From a bacterium (GTDB lineage Bacteria > Margulisbacteria > WOR-1 > O2-12-FULL-45-9 > XYB2-FULL-48-7), in the NCBI GenBank assembly GCA_043812655.1, contig JBDRLW010000046.1, positions 8,452 through 72,451 of the forward strand: a stretch of DNA of 64,000 nt, written 5' to 3'. The position numbers were made by a program, and so were the translations under genes. Positions 31,036 through 41,501 of the stretch are shown piece by piece. Under the pieces are notes generated by a model. It made no database searches and was not told the origin of the DNA. It saw nothing but the letters and a program-made list of their open reading frames with translations. Position 1 is the first letter of the stretch. Every line of letters begins with the position of its first letter.

Positions 31036-32760
31036 TTATTTTATTTTTCCTTCCAAATTACGCGTCGACTGCGCGATATTCTCCAGTATCCCGGTTATTT
31101 CCTCTTCTCCCATAAAACGGCAGCGGACGATCTTATCCACAACCTCTAGTTTCCTGATCTCATCCAAACAGACCCCGGCATCCAGCGCGAGCTCCGCCTG
31201 GTCATTTAAAAGCAAAATAGCCTTTAAGATCAAATATTGTTTCTTTAAGGTGGTGTACTGGTCGATCGGGTCAAAAGCGCCTTGATAAAGAAAATCTTCC
31301 CTGATCAATTTAGCAGTAAATAAAAGAAGCTGTTCTTTAAAAGAAAGTGATTCCATGCCGACTAGCCTGACGATCTCTTCCAATTGAGCTTCATGGGCTA
31401 AGATCTTTAGCGCTTTGGCCCTAACTTCGTAGAAATCTTCAGCTACTTCCCGTGAAAAGTAATCTTTTAAGCCTTCCAGGTAGAGTGAGTAGGAAAGCAG
31501 CCAGTTTATGGCGGGAAAATGCCGTTTGTGGGCAAGATTTTCATCTAAGCCCCAAAAAACTTTAGCTACGCGCAAAGTGTTTTGTACGACCGGTTCCGAC
31601 AGGTCGCCGCCGGGAGGTGAAACCGAACCGATGATAGTGAGCGAGCCTTCTCTGGCCGGCTTTCCCACGCATTGGCCGAAGCCGGCACGCTCATAAAAAT
31701 CGGCCAGGCGCGAACCGAGATAAGCGGGATAACCTTCTTCGCCCGGCATTTCTTCAAGGCGTCCTGACATTTCCCTCAATGCTTCTGCCCAACGGGAGGT
31801 GGAATCAGCTAAAAGCGCGACATGATAACCCATATCACGGAAATATTCGGCAATAGCCGCGCCAGTGTAAACAGAAGCTTCTCTGGCGGCGATCGGCATA
31901 TTCGCGGTATTGGCGATCAAAATAGTCCTTTCCAAAAGCGGCCGGCCGCTTTTGGGATCCTTTAATTCCGGGAATTCGATCAGCACGTCGGTCATCTCAT
32001 TGCCGCGCTCACCACAACCGATAAAAATAATGATATCCGCGTCAGCCCATTTGGCAAGCTGATGCTGGATCACGGTTTTCCCCGCGCCAAAAGGCCCTGG
32101 GATGCAAGCGGCTCCCCCTTTTCCAAGAGGGAAAAAAGCGTCAATGATCCTTTGCCCCGTAACTAAAGGGACCTTGACCGGTGACTTTTCTTTTAAAATT
32201 CTTCGTTTCCTGACCGGCCATTTTTGGAGCATGCGAATTTTTTGCCCTGAAATGGTCGCGATCGTTTCCTCAATAGTAAATTTCCCGCTTTTGATCTCTT
32301 CAATTTTGCCGGTGATCCCGGACGGGACCATGATCTTGTGGTTAACCAGGGCTGTTTCTTGGACAGTTCCCAGCAGGTCCCCTTCAGAAACTTGGTCGCC
32401 TTTCATTAATACGGGAACAAACTCCCATTTTTTTGAACGGGAGAGAGCTGGGACTTCTATTCCCCGAGTAATGAATGGGCCCGTTTTTTTCATGATCTCT
32501 TCCAGCGGGCGCTGGATACCGTCAAAGATCGAACTGATCAGCCCCGGACCTAATTCTACCGAAAGAGGGGCGCCGGTCGTTTCAACCGGATCATTAACTT
32601 TTAAACCGGCGGTTTCTTCGTACACCTGGATAGAGGCAAGATTGCCCCGCAGTTCCAGGATCTCACCGATCAACCTTTTTTCACCGATTCGTACCAGGTC
32701 GCCTTTGCGGGCATTTTCTATTTCAGCGATCACCAGCGGGCCAGCTACTTTGATTATCAT
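31036..32760 (-). CDS. ntpA: V/A-type ATPase subunit A
   Basis: Walker [28 protein letters not shown]. Confidence 0.97.
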   Translation of the reverse strand: MIIKVAGPLVIAEIENARKGDLVRIGEKRLIGEILELRGNLASIQVYEETAGLKVNDPVETTGAPLSVELGPGLISSIFDGIQRPLEEIMKKTGPFITRGIEVPALSRSKKWEFVPVLMKGDQVSEGDLLGTVQETALVNHKIMVPSGITGKIEEIKSGKFTIEETIATISGQKIRMLQKWPVRKRRILKEKSPVKVPLVTGQRIIDAFFPLGKGGAACIPGPFGAGKTVIQHQLAKWADADIIIFIGCGERGNEMTDVLIEFPELKDPKSGRPLLERTILIANTANMPIAAREASVYTGAAIAEYFRDMGYHVALLADSTSRWAEALREMSGRLEEMPGEEGYPAYLGSRLADFYERAGFGQCVGKPAREGSLTIIGSVSPPGGDLSEPVVQNTLRVAKVFWGLDENLAHKRHFPAINWLLSYSLYLEGLKDYFSREVAEDFYEVRAKALKILAHEAQLEEIVRLVGMESLSFKEQLLLFTAKLIREDFLYQGAFDPIDQYTTLKKQYLILKAILLLNDQAELALDAGVCLDEIRKLEVVDKIVRCRFMGEEEITGILENIAQSTRNLEGKIK

Positions 32761-32761
32761 T

Positions 32762-33067
32762 TTAGGTTGACGCTCCTGTTGCTTTTGAGATCAAACGATC
32801 CAGATCTTCGTTAAAAAGGCCGATACCGCCGCGATGGTCGGGGAGGAGGACCACGTTTATCCCCTGGTCTTCAGCTGCTTTGATGGAAGGGGTTATTTCC
32901 ATGGCGGTTTGTTCAGTGATAAAAACAATGGTATGATTTCCCTTAACGATAATATTGTTAAAAATGTCTTCTCCTTGGGGACTGGAATCACAGTAAAAAG
33001 TATCGATGCCCGAAGAGGAGAGCGGGGCAATTAGATATTTTGGGCCGATCAGCGCGATATTAGACAT
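32762..33067 (-). CDS. V/A-type ATPase subunit F
   Basis: IALIG N-terminus, IVFITE, LLP..., SKATG C-terminus; 101 aa, directly upstream of subunit A. Confidence 0.8.
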   Translation of the reverse strand: MSNIALIGPKYLIAPLSSSGIDTFYCDSSPQGEDIFNNIIVKGNHTIVFITEQTAMEITPSIKAAEDQGINVVLLPDHRGGIGLFNEDLDRLISKATGAST

Positions 33068-33770
33068 AGCTATGCCTTAACCGTTCTTTGATCTTGTCGG
33101 TTTTGACCTGCATTTTTTTTGCTACCAAGATCAAGCGGAGTATCTTTATCTCCATTTCTTTGGCGATAAGAAAGCCGATCAGCGGTTCGATGCCAAAAGA
33201 GCAATATCTGGCTTTTTTAACCGCGTCGGTCAAATGATCGTCAATTTCCCGCTCCAGCGCAAAGAGGCTCCCGGTTTTTTTATATTGCTCCAAGCCGACC
33301 GAAATAACCCGGTCGTAATCAGTATATTTATATTTGTTTTGCGCGGTGTTAAGGTCCGCTTGACCGTTCAAAATATCAGTCCTTAACTGGTGCAAAATAA
33401 TATATCCCCGAACATATTTCGTGAAAAGAGGAGGACATTCTTGTCCCAGCGATTTTTTTAGAATGGCAAGATACTCATTAAGGGTAAGGGACGGATCGTA
33501 TTTTTTCCACAAAACAGTTAAGAATTTATTTCCCGGCGCCAGGTCAGCTAATAAACTCTTTGTCCATAAGAGTTCATTTTCTAATAAGGCTTCAAGATCA
33601 AAAGAGTCCGGCAAGCGGTCGATCTTTTCGGCGTAATTAGCGTTTTCGCGTAAAACCAAGAAAGCTGTTTCAAAATCTTTCGCGTCTACTAGCCGAATGA
33701 TCTGGCTTTCATCCAAAAGCTGCGCTTCTAGCGCTCTGATCCTGCCGACCGCGTAAGTAAATTCAACCAT
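33060..33770 (-). CDS. ntpC: V/A-type ATPase subunit C (shortened, 236 aa)
   Basis: YAVGRIRALE N-terminus; FGIEPLIGFLIAKEMEIKILRLI...IKERLR C-terminus. Confidence 0.85.
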   Translation of the reverse strand: MVEFTYAVGRIRALEAQLLDESQIIRLVDAKDFETAFLVLRENANYAEKIDRLPDSFDLEALLENELLWTKSLLADLAPGNKFLTVLWKKYDPSLTLNEYLAILKKSLGQECPPLFTKYVRGYIILHQLRTDILNGQADLNTAQNKYKYTDYDRVISVGLEQYKKTGSLFALEREIDDHLTDAVKKARYCSFGIEPLIGFLIAKEMEIKILRLILVAKKMQVKTDKIKERLRHSYV

Positions 33771-34086
33771 AAAGCACCTTAATTACTTCGGTTTCTTTCT
33801 TTTCCCTGACCTCTGGCGCTAACCCGGTGAAAACCTGGTCTAAAAATTTATGCTTTTCTTCCAATATTTTTTTTCTGGCTTCCAATCGGGCTGGAACCAA
33901 AATAGACTGTTGTTCTTCAGCCGCGGTCAACCGGGCTTCCGCTAAGATCTGTTGGCGCGAATGTTCCGACTTTGTTTTGGCTTCAGCGATTATCCGGCCA
34001 GCTTCCTGCTCGGCCTGCTGTTTTATTTTTGCCGCTTCCGCTTCCGCTTCTTCGATGATCTTTTTTTCTATTTCCGCGATCCCCAT
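33763..34086 (-). CDS. ntpE: V/A-type ATPase subunit E (shortened, 107 aa)
   Basis: MGIAEIEKKIIEEAEAEA coiled coil, ARLEARKKILEEK, EVIKVLY ending. Confidence 0.75.
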   Translation of the reverse strand: MGIAEIEKKIIEEAEAEAAKIKQQAEQEAGRIIAEAKTKSEHSRQQILAEARLTAAEEQQSILVPARLEARKKILEEKHKFLDQVFTGLAPEVREKKETEVIKVLYG

Positions 34087-34090
34087 TAGA

Positions 34091-34573
<483 letters not shown>

Positions 34574-34577
34574 TTAT

Positions 34578-36512
34578 TTATTTTATGATAACATATTTGG
34601 TTTGGTAACTGAAGGGTTTGAACTCTTTCCCGTTCCCTTCAAAAAATTTACCAAAAAACTCGACCAACTGGAGCCTGGCGGAATGAATGAACGCGCCCAA
34701 GACAGAGACGACCAAGTTGAATATGTGGCCAATGACTAAAACTAGCGCCATAACAAAATAACCGATGATCGGGATCCCGGTGGTCATGCTGGCAATAATA
34801 TTGATGACCATTCCGATGATGGAAGTGGTCATCATTAACGCCAGCAAGCGGGAGTAGGAGAGGGTGTCTCCCAGATATCCGGTCGTTCTGTAAAGGCTTA
34901 AAAGCCCGAAAATAAATTTTTTAAATATGCCTTTTTCGTTTCTTCCCTGGGTTAAAACCAGCAGAGCGGCGCCGACCATCGCAAACCTGCCAAATAAAAC
35001 GGCCAGAGGAGAACCAAGGCTGGCTGTTGCCCCGTAAGCGACCAAGCTAAGGAGAAAATAGATCCAAAGGCCAGAGTCAAGAAAGGCGGCCAAATAATCG
35101 CGATCTTTTAGTTTCCAATACATTGCCAGTGCTACCCCGGTGATATTTTGGATCACCCCCAAACCGATAGAAAAGAGCAAGACATTTAAAGGGTTCTTGA
35201 TCGGGTCGATCACTTGCAATTTTTTTAATAACGGCGGTAGTTGGTTAAGATCCATACTAAAATAACTGCCGGTCATGATGCCGACAAAGATCGTCGCGAT
35301 CCCGCCCCAGAAGAGAAGGAGGAGCAGTTTTGTCCCCCCTTCGGTCAAGGTCAATTTTTTTAAAAAGTAAAATGAGACGATGGCCAGAAGTATCCCGTAG
35401 CCGACGTCGGAAAGGCACATGGCAAAAAATAACAGATAAAAGAACGCAAGTGGTCCGGTCGGATCGATCTCATTCTGTGAAGGAAGGCCAAAAATGCGGG
35501 TAACCAGCTCGAAAGGATAAAAAACGCTCACATTCTTAATTATCGTCGGCGCTACTTCTCCTTCACTAGGTTCGATCTCGCGAAGCTCTAACAGGGGACT
35601 AACTTCGCCAAGACGTTTTTTTAAATGGCCGACCTTTTCCGCCGCGATCCAGCCGGCCAATAAAAAGGTCTTACTGGTAAGGGCTATCTTTTCTTTAGCC
35701 TTTTCTTTAAGCGCTTGCTGTGACAGATAATCGTAAGTAAGTTTAAGTGATGGGCTGTAACGATAAAAAGCCATGATCTCTTTAGTGATCTTTGTTTGGT
35801 CATCATGATTTTCTTTTAGTAAGCGGGTAAGATTGGCCAGCTCTTCCGCCGGAGTCCTGTTGGCCAGAGGAAGCAAGCTCTTCTCAAAAGAAGTTTTCGA
35901 AAGGAAATTAAGGCATTTAGCCGAAATTGAAGCGGGAGAAAAAAGTAAAAAGTAAATTTGGTTATTGTTGGTTTCAATCGTTTCTATCTTATGAGCGGGA
36001 AAATTTTCTTCCAAGCCTTGCTTAAGCGCTTCAAAGTCTTTTAATTTGCAACTGCCAGCCGTCAAACAAATTTTTTCCGAACAGTTTATCGGGTCCAAAA
36101 TGATATTTATGCTTTGCCAAGGGGAAAGGGCGGCCATCTCTGCCTGGAGGGAGTGGGTAAGGTTTTTAAGGTTGGCCAGCCGCGACTCCAGCTCTTTTAG
36201 TTGCGCGACTATCTTTTGCCAGTCAAATTCTTGGGCAGTTCGCTGTAAAGAGCTTTCGGCCAAAGGTTCTTTGTAGGGGGCAAAACTTTCGATAAAGCCT
36301 TTCTTTTTGCCGCAAATTTTTTCCAACAGGTTGATGGCGTTTTCCAGTTCCGCCAGGCTTAATTCAAACTCCGGCTCGCTTTGTGGCGCGGACTCCAATT
36401 GATCCATCTTAGTAAGTTCGATCAAACCTTGCTTCTGGAGTTCAGAAAGCAGGCTTTCCTGGATCTTTTGGTGGCCAAAGAGCGCCACTTTTTTCATCGA
36501 GACTACAGGCAT
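34578..36512 (-). CDS. ntpI: V/A-type ATPase subunit I
   Basis: EIDPT, DVGYG, DTLSYSRLLAL, HSARLQLVEFFGKF. Confidence 0.95.
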   Translation of the reverse strand: MPVVSMKKVALFGHQKIQESLLSELQKQGLIELTKMDQLESAPQSEPEFELSLAELENAINLLEKICGKKKGFIESFAPYKEPLAESSLQRTAQEFDWQKIVAQLKELESRLANLKNLTHSLQAEMAALSPWQSINIILDPINCSEKICLTAGSCKLKDFEALKQGLEENFPAHKIETIETNNNQIYFLLFSPASISAKCLNFLSKTSFEKSLLPLANRTPAEELANLTRLLKENHDDQTKITKEIMAFYRYSPSLKLTYDYLSQQALKEKAKEKIALTSKTFLLAGWIAAEKVGHLKKRLGEVSPLLELREIEPSEGEVAPTIIKNVSVFYPFELVTRIFGLPSQNEIDPTGPLAFFYLLFFAMCLSDVGYGILLAIVSFYFLKKLTLTEGGTKLLLLLFWGGIATIFVGIMTGSYFSMDLNQLPPLLKKLQVIDPIKNPLNVLLFSIGLGVIQNITGVALAMYWKLKDRDYLAAFLDSGLWIYFLLSLVAYGATASLGSPLAVLFGRFAMVGAALLVLTQGRNEKGIFKKFIFGLLSLYRTTGYLGDTLSYSRLLALMMTTSIIGMVINIIASMTTGIPIIGYFVMALVLVIGHIFNLVVSVLGAFIHSARLQLVEFFGKFFEGNGKEFKPFSYQTKYVIIK

Positions 36513-36799
36513 ATTTGCTTTGCCTTTGCCAAAAGGGGAGTTATATTTTTACGAAGAACGGATAATTCTCCGGAATTCAATCTTTCAATTTCAACTTTTT
36601 CCGCCTCGGCTTCTTTTCGGCTTTTTTCAATCATTGACCGAGCTTCAACGCGGGCGGAGCGCAGGGCTTCTTGGTTGGCGGCTTCCGCGGATTTGCGCGC
36701 GGCTTCGATCAATTGAAGTTTTTCTTTTTCCGCCGCGCTTACGACCTCCCGCGCTTTTTTTTCAATGGCCAGGAGCTCATTAAAAGTTTCTTTTAACAT
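36503..36799 (-). CDS. V/A-type ATPase peripheral stalk subunit (G/H-type)
   Basis: Ala/Glu/Lys coiled coil heading the operon; ATG at 36799 (MLKETF) preferred. Confidence 0.7.
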   Translation of the reverse strand: MLKETFNELLAIEKKAREVVSAAEKEKLQLIEAARKSAEAANQEALRSARVEARSMIEKSRKEAEAEKVEIERLNSGELSVLRKNITPLLAKAKQICL

Positions 36800-36809
36800 A
36801 ACGGCAACT

Positions 36810-36861
36810 ATTTTAACACAAACTTGGAGATGTTTACAGCCGGCCAAAATTATTGTAAAAT
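36810..36861. promoter_or_regulatory. Divergent promoters for V-ATPase and rnf operons
   Basis: Plus strand TTTACA (36833-38), 17 nt, TAAAAT (36856-61); minus strand TGt-TAAAAT (36818-36810). Confidence 0.55.
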
Positions 36862-36876
36862 GACATAAAGTAAGAC

Positions 36877-38187
36877 ATGAAAACTTTTGCCCGCGGCATC
36901 CATCCGCCTGAAAACAAGGGATTAACCGAAGAAAAACCGATCAAAGAAGCCCCTTTACCCAAAAGAGTTATATTGCCTTTGCAACAAAACCTTGGCTGTG
37001 CTTGCGAACCTTTAGTTAAAGTTGGGGATGAAGTTATTGAAGGGCAAAAGATAGGCGATTCGCCAAAATTCATTTCCGCCCCGATCCATGCTTCGATCTC
37101 CGGCAAAGTTATAAGCCTTGATAAGATCTCCAACCTTTATGGTTCGGCTGTACCAATAGTTATTATCGAGCGGCAAGAAAATTCCGCCCCAGCCCCGGAC
37201 CATGGCCCCGAAAAAAAACTTGAAGAATTGAGCGCGGAGGAAATTCGCAAGATCGTTCGGGAAGCAGGGATCGTTGGCTTAGGCGGGGCCGCTTTTCCGA
37301 CGCACGTAAAGCTTTCGCCGCCGAAAGAAAAAAAGATCAACACTATCATTATAAATGGCTGTGAGTGCGAGCCGTACATTACTACTGACCACCGTTTGAT
37401 GCTGGAACGGCCAGAGGAAGTTATTTTAGGCGCTAGAGCGATCGCTAAAGCGGTTGGCGCGGAGCGCATCATTTTTGGGATCGAAAGCAATAAAGCCAAC
37501 GCGATCGAAAAGATGAAGATATTTGGGGTGGGGATAGAAGTTGAAGCGGTAAAAACAAAATATCCGCAAGGCGGGGAGAAGATGCTGATCAAAGCCCTAT
37601 TGGACCGTGAGGTCCCTTCGGGCGGGTTACCAATGGATGTCGGAGTCGTAGTGTCTAATGTAAGTACAGCGGTAGCGGTGGCGGAAGCCATCAAATTTAA
37701 TAAGCCGCTCATCCAAAGGGTGGTAACCGTTACTGGCTCCGGTGTTCGGGAGCCGCAAAATCTGCTGGTCAGGATCGGGACACCCTTTAATGAGATCATT
37801 GAGCTTTGCGGCGGGCTGACACCTGATGTCGCTAAGGTTATTATGGGAGGACCGATGACCGGGATCACGGTTTCTTCGCTTGAGTCCCCATTGATCAAAG
37901 CCAATAATTGCCTCCTGGTCTTAAATAAGAACGAGGCCAAGATCTATGAAGAAAAGAATTGTATCCGTTGTGGGCGCTGTATCAAAGCTTGCCCAGTCGG
38001 TTTAATGCCGAATTATCTGGCGGATTACGCTAAAGCAAAAAACTGGGATAAAGTTGAAGATTACAACGTTGCCGATTGCATAGAGTGCGGTTCTTGCGCT
38101 TACGTTTGTCCCAGCCGGATATATTTAGTCCAATATTTTAAAGTCGGCAAGCGAGAACTGCAATTAAGGAAGACAGCATGCAAATAA
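36877..38187 (+). CDS. rnfC: Rnf complex subunit C
   Basis: GIVGLGGAAFPTHVK, ECEPY, YPQGGEK, CIRCGRCIKACP, CIECGSCAYVCP. Confidence 0.96.
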   Translation: MKTFARGIHPPENKGLTEEKPIKEAPLPKRVILPLQQNLGCACEPLVKVGDEVIEGQKIGDSPKFISAPIHASISGKVISLDKISNLYGSAVPIVIIERQENSAPAPDHGPEKKLEELSAEEIRKIVREAGIVGLGGAAFPTHVKLSPPKEKKINTIIINGCECEPYITTDHRLMLERPEEVILGARAIAKAVGAERIIFGIESNKANAIEKMKIFGVGIEVEAVKTKYPQGGEKMLIKALLDREVPSGGLPMDVGVVVSNVSTAVAVAEAIKFNKPLIQRVVTVTGSGVREPQNLLVRIGTPFNEIIELCGGLTPDVAKVIMGGPMTGITVSSLESPLIKANNCLLVLNKNEAKIYEEKNCIRCGRCIKACPVGLMPNYLADYAKAKNWDKVEDYNVADCIECGSCAYVCPSRIYLVQYFKVGKRELQLRKTACK

Positions 38188-39098
38188 ATCTTGACCTTTC
38201 AATTGCGCCTCACATTCGCGCTCGGGATGATTCCCAAAACATAATGTGGTGGGTGGCGTTCGCCTTACTTTTTCCTTCGGCCGCGGCGGTTTACTTTTTT
38301 GGGTTACCGGCCCTGATCTTAATTATTTTTACTACTTTTATTGCGGTTGTTTCCGAAGCGTTTTTTCAATTAGCGGCAAAAAAACCGATAACGGTGCAAG
38401 ACGGCAGTGCGGTTGTAACCGGGCTATTGCTAGCGCTGATCGTCCCGCCCAGCTTACCTTTATGGATGGCGGCGGTCGGCTCCGTGGCAGCAGTAGTTTT
38501 AGTAAAAGGATTATTTGGCGGGCTTGGCTTCAATATTTTTAACCCGGCACTGGCAGCGCGGGCGATCTTATTAGCTTCTTGGCCGGTGGCGATGACCACT
38601 TGGATAAAACCATTGGACAGTATTACGACCGCGACGCCGCTTTATCTAGCCAAGATCAATGAAGTTGTCCCGAGTTACTGGCAGCTTTTTATCGGCAATC
38701 GGGCCGGTTCATTGGGAGAGACTTCGGTTTTGGCTATTTTGATCGGGGCGGGGATACTCTTTTGGAAAAAGATCATTGATTGGCCGGCTCCCACCGCTTA
38801 TATCGGGACCGTAGCGATCCTGACTTTCTTGCTGGGCCACGACCCGCTCTTTTACGTGCTTAGCGGCGGATTAATGATCGGCGCCTTTTTTATGGCGACC
38901 GATTATGTTACCGCGCCGGTGACCACCCAGGGCCGATTTATCTTTGGCCTTGGTTGCGGGATCATGACAGTTTTAATTAGGTTTTTTGGCGGTTTTCCTG
39001 AAGGTGTTAATTATTCAATCCTTTTTATGAATATTTTTACGCCGCTCATTGATACTTACGCGCGTCCGCGTTTGTTCGGGGGGAAGAAGCGTGGCTAA
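38178..39098 (+). CDS. rnfD: Rnf complex subunit D
   Basis: FGGLGFNIFNPA, TTATPL (FMN-Thr site), GSLGETS, FFMATD. Confidence 0.95.
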   Translation: MQINLDLSIAPHIRARDDSQNIMWWVAFALLFPSAAAVYFFGLPALILIIFTTFIAVVSEAFFQLAAKKPITVQDGSAVVTGLLLALIVPPSLPLWMAAVGSVAAVVLVKGLFGGLGFNIFNPALAARAILLASWPVAMTTWIKPLDSITTATPLYLAKINEVVPSYWQLFIGNRAGSLGETSVLAILIGAGILFWKKIIDWPAPTAYIGTVAILTFLLGHDPLFYVLSGGLMIGAFFMATDYVTAPVTTQGRFIFGLGCGIMTVLIRFFGGFPEGVNYSILFMNIFTPLIDTYARPRLFGGKKRG

Positions 39099-39546
39099 AA
39101 TATTAAGATTAGCTTTAGTCTTGGGGGTCTTTTGTATAATCTCGGCAGGCTTGTTAGCTTATGTTTACCTTTTTACTTCCCCGCAAATATTAATGAACAG
39201 CAAAGTCTCATTTGAAAGGTCGAAGCGGGAAGTTTTACCGCCTGGGACAAAAGGGCGCGTCATCCAGGTTGCCCCCAAAGGTTATGCCGGGCCAGTAGAA
39301 ATTCTAGTTGGGATCGGAAAAAATGGTAAGGTTTCCGGATTAAAAATATTATCACAAAAAGAAACCCCAGGGCTTGGTTCAAACGCCGCTAAACCAGAGT
39401 TCTTAAAACAATTCATCGGTAAAAGCTTAAAGGATAAGATCGAAGCCAAGCAAGACATTGAGGCGATCACCGGCGCCACCATCACCAGCCGGGCGGTCTG
39501 CCGCGGAGTGAAGGAAGCGCTGACCAAAGCGAAAGGGAAAAGATGA
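39091..39546 (+). CDS. rnfG: Rnf complex subunit G
   Basis: N-terminal TM, KGYAG, ETPGLG, ITGATITS (FMN site); GTG start at 39091. Confidence 0.92.
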   Translation: MAKILRLALVLGVFCIISAGLLAYVYLFTSPQILMNSKVSFERSKREVLPPGTKGRVIQVAPKGYAGPVEILVGIGKNGKVSGLKILSQKETPGLGSNAAKPEFLKQFIGKSLKDKIEAKQDIEAITGATITSRAVCRGVKEALTKAKGKR

Positions 39547-40133
39547 ACCTTTGGAAAGACATTAATCAGGGAATAATAAAAGAAAATCCGGTTTTGCGTT
39601 TAATGATCGGCTTATGTCCGGCTTTGGCTGTTTCCAACAGCGCGATCAACGCTTTAGGGATGAGCGCCGCGGTAATGTTCGTCTTGATCTGTTCCAATGT
39701 GGTGGTCGCCATGATCCGCAAGATCGTTCCGGATGAGATCCGTATCCCGATCTTCATTATAATAATTTCCACATTTGTGACAGTTATCGACTATATTATG
39801 CAGGCTTATTCTCCGGTACTATACGCGGCGCTTGGGGTTTTTGTGCCGCTGATCGTTGTTAATTGTATTATTTTAGGCCGGGCGGAGGCATTTGCTTATC
39901 GTAATTCGATCTTCAGCTCGGTCCTAGACGGCTTTGGCATGAGTTTAGGCTTTGGGGTCGCGCTGGTAAGCATCGGGATAATAAGGGAAGTTTTGGGCGC
40001 GGGTTCGATCTTTGGCCTGGCTCTTTTTAAGCCAACGATCGCGGCGACGATCATGGTATTGCCGCCGGGGGCTTTCGTTACTATCGGGATACTAATGGCT
40101 TTTTTAAATAAACTGGAGAACAAGGTGCAGTAA
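39543..40133 (+). CDS. rnfE: Rnf complex subunit E
   Basis: GLCPALAV, PLIVVNCIILGRAE, LPPGAF. Confidence 0.95.
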   Translation: MNLWKDINQGIIKENPVLRLMIGLCPALAVSNSAINALGMSAAVMFVLICSNVVVAMIRKIVPDEIRIPIFIIIISTFVTVIDYIMQAYSPVLYAALGVFVPLIVVNCIILGRAEAFAYRNSIFSSVLDGFGMSLGFGVALVSIGIIREVLGAGSIFGLALFKPTIAATIMVLPPGAFVTIGILMAFLNKLENKVQ

Positions 40134-40711
40134 TGGAATTATTCGGCATATTTTTCTCGGCTTTTATCATTAACAATATTTTGTTGATCAGGTTCTTGGC
40201 GTTGTGTTCTTTTTTTGGGGTATCGACCAAAATAGAAACTACGGTCGGCATGAGTTCGGCCGTTATTTTTGTGATGACCATTGCCTCCGCCGTTTCTTGG
40301 CTGGTCTTCCATTATATTTTAGCCCCTTTAAACCTGGAATTCCTGCGGACCGCCGCTTTTATTTTGACAATCGCGGCTTTGGTCCAGCTGGTAGAGCTTT
40401 ATCTTAAAAAAATGGTACCCAGTTTATATCAGGCCATGGGGATATTTCTCCCTTTAATTACGACCAACTGCGCCATTTTAGCCGTAGCCTTCCTGGCGAT
40501 CGACTACAAATTTAATTTTATCCAATCAATGATCTATTCTCTGGGAGCTTCGATCGGTTATTCATTGGCGATCATTTTATTTGCTTTTATCCGGGAGCGG
40601 ATGGTGCTGGCACCCATCCCGAAATGGTTCCAGGGATATCCGATCGCTTTTATTACCGCGGCTTTGATGTCGCTTGCTTTTTTGGGCTTTACCGGGATGT
40701 TTGGTTTATAA
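40133..40711 (+). CDS. rnfA: Rnf complex subunit A
   Basis: FLALCSFFGVS, LPLITTNCAIL. Confidence 0.95.
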   Translation: MELFGIFFSAFIINNILLIRFLALCSFFGVSTKIETTVGMSSAVIFVMTIASAVSWLVFHYILAPLNLEFLRTAAFILTIAALVQLVELYLKKMVPSLYQAMGIFLPLITTNCAILAVAFLAIDYKFNFIQSMIYSLGASIGYSLAIILFAFIRERMVLAPIPKWFQGYPIAFITAALMSLAFLGFTGMFGL

Positions 40712-40712
40712 A

Positions 40713-41498
40713 ATGCTAATTATAACTTCGATCATAGTTTTAGGGATGATGGGTTTGATCTTTGCCGGACTGCTTGGGTTTGCGGCAAGATATTATAGAG
40801 TAGAAGAAGATCCGCGGGTCGCCAGCATCATGGCTATTTTGCCAGGCGCGAATTGCGGCGCTTGCGGAGTGGCTGGCTGCCATACCTTCGCGGATAAAGT
40901 GAGCAAAGGGGAGATCGCGGTAAGCGGTTGTTTGGTTGGCGGGATGGATGTAGCTAAAAAGATCGCGGCGATAATGGGGGAGGAGGGGTTTGAGGTCCAT
41001 AAAAAAGTAGCGGTGGTCCATTGCGGTGCTAAAAAAGATCAAAAAAAGAAAAAAGCCAACTATATTGGCGTTAAAACCTGTATAGGAGCAAGTTTAATTG
41101 ACAATGGCGGCTTGCTTTGTTCTTATGGCTGCATGGGTTACGGTGATTGTGCTTGTATTTGTCCGTTCAATGCGATCAAGATGGTTGATGGCCTTCCCGT
41201 TATCGATCCGGAAAAGTGTACGGCTTGCGGCAAGTGCATCAAAAATTGCCCCAAGAAAATAATTGCTTTAAAACCCTATGATTTCAAGGCCGTGGTGGCG
41301 TGTTCTTCGCGTGACCGGGGAGCGGAAACCCGCAAAAATTGCCCGGTCGGCTGCATCGCCTGCAAGATCTGCGAAAAAGCGGTCCCCGAAGTTTTTAAAG
41401 TAACAGATAATTTAGCCGTTATTGATCATGATAAAAAAGGGATCGATTGTTCCGCTGCAATTGAAAAATGCCCCACTAAATGTATCGTGAAAGCCTAA
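40713..41498 (+). CDS. rnfB: Rnf complex subunit B
   Basis: N-terminal TM, LPGANCGACGVAGC, multiple ferredoxin Cys motifs; ATG at 40713. Confidence 0.94.
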   Translation: MLIITSIIVLGMMGLIFAGLLGFAARYYRVEEDPRVASIMAILPGANCGACGVAGCHTFADKVSKGEIAVSGCLVGGMDVAKKIAAIMGEEGFEVHKKVAVVHCGAKKDQKKKKANYIGVKTCIGASLIDNGGLLCSYGCMGYGDCACICPFNAIKMVDGLPVIDPEKCTACGKCIKNCPKKIIALKPYDFKAVVACSSRDRGAETRKNCPVGCIACKICEKAVPEVFKVTDNLAVIDHDKKGIDCSAAIEKCPTKCIVKA

Positions 41499-41501
41499 AC
41501 T

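Noticed and set aside
37186-37210. GCCCC-rich stretch in rnfC (SAPAPDHGP)
   Set aside because: Spacing is 6,6,7, not a consistent heptamer array
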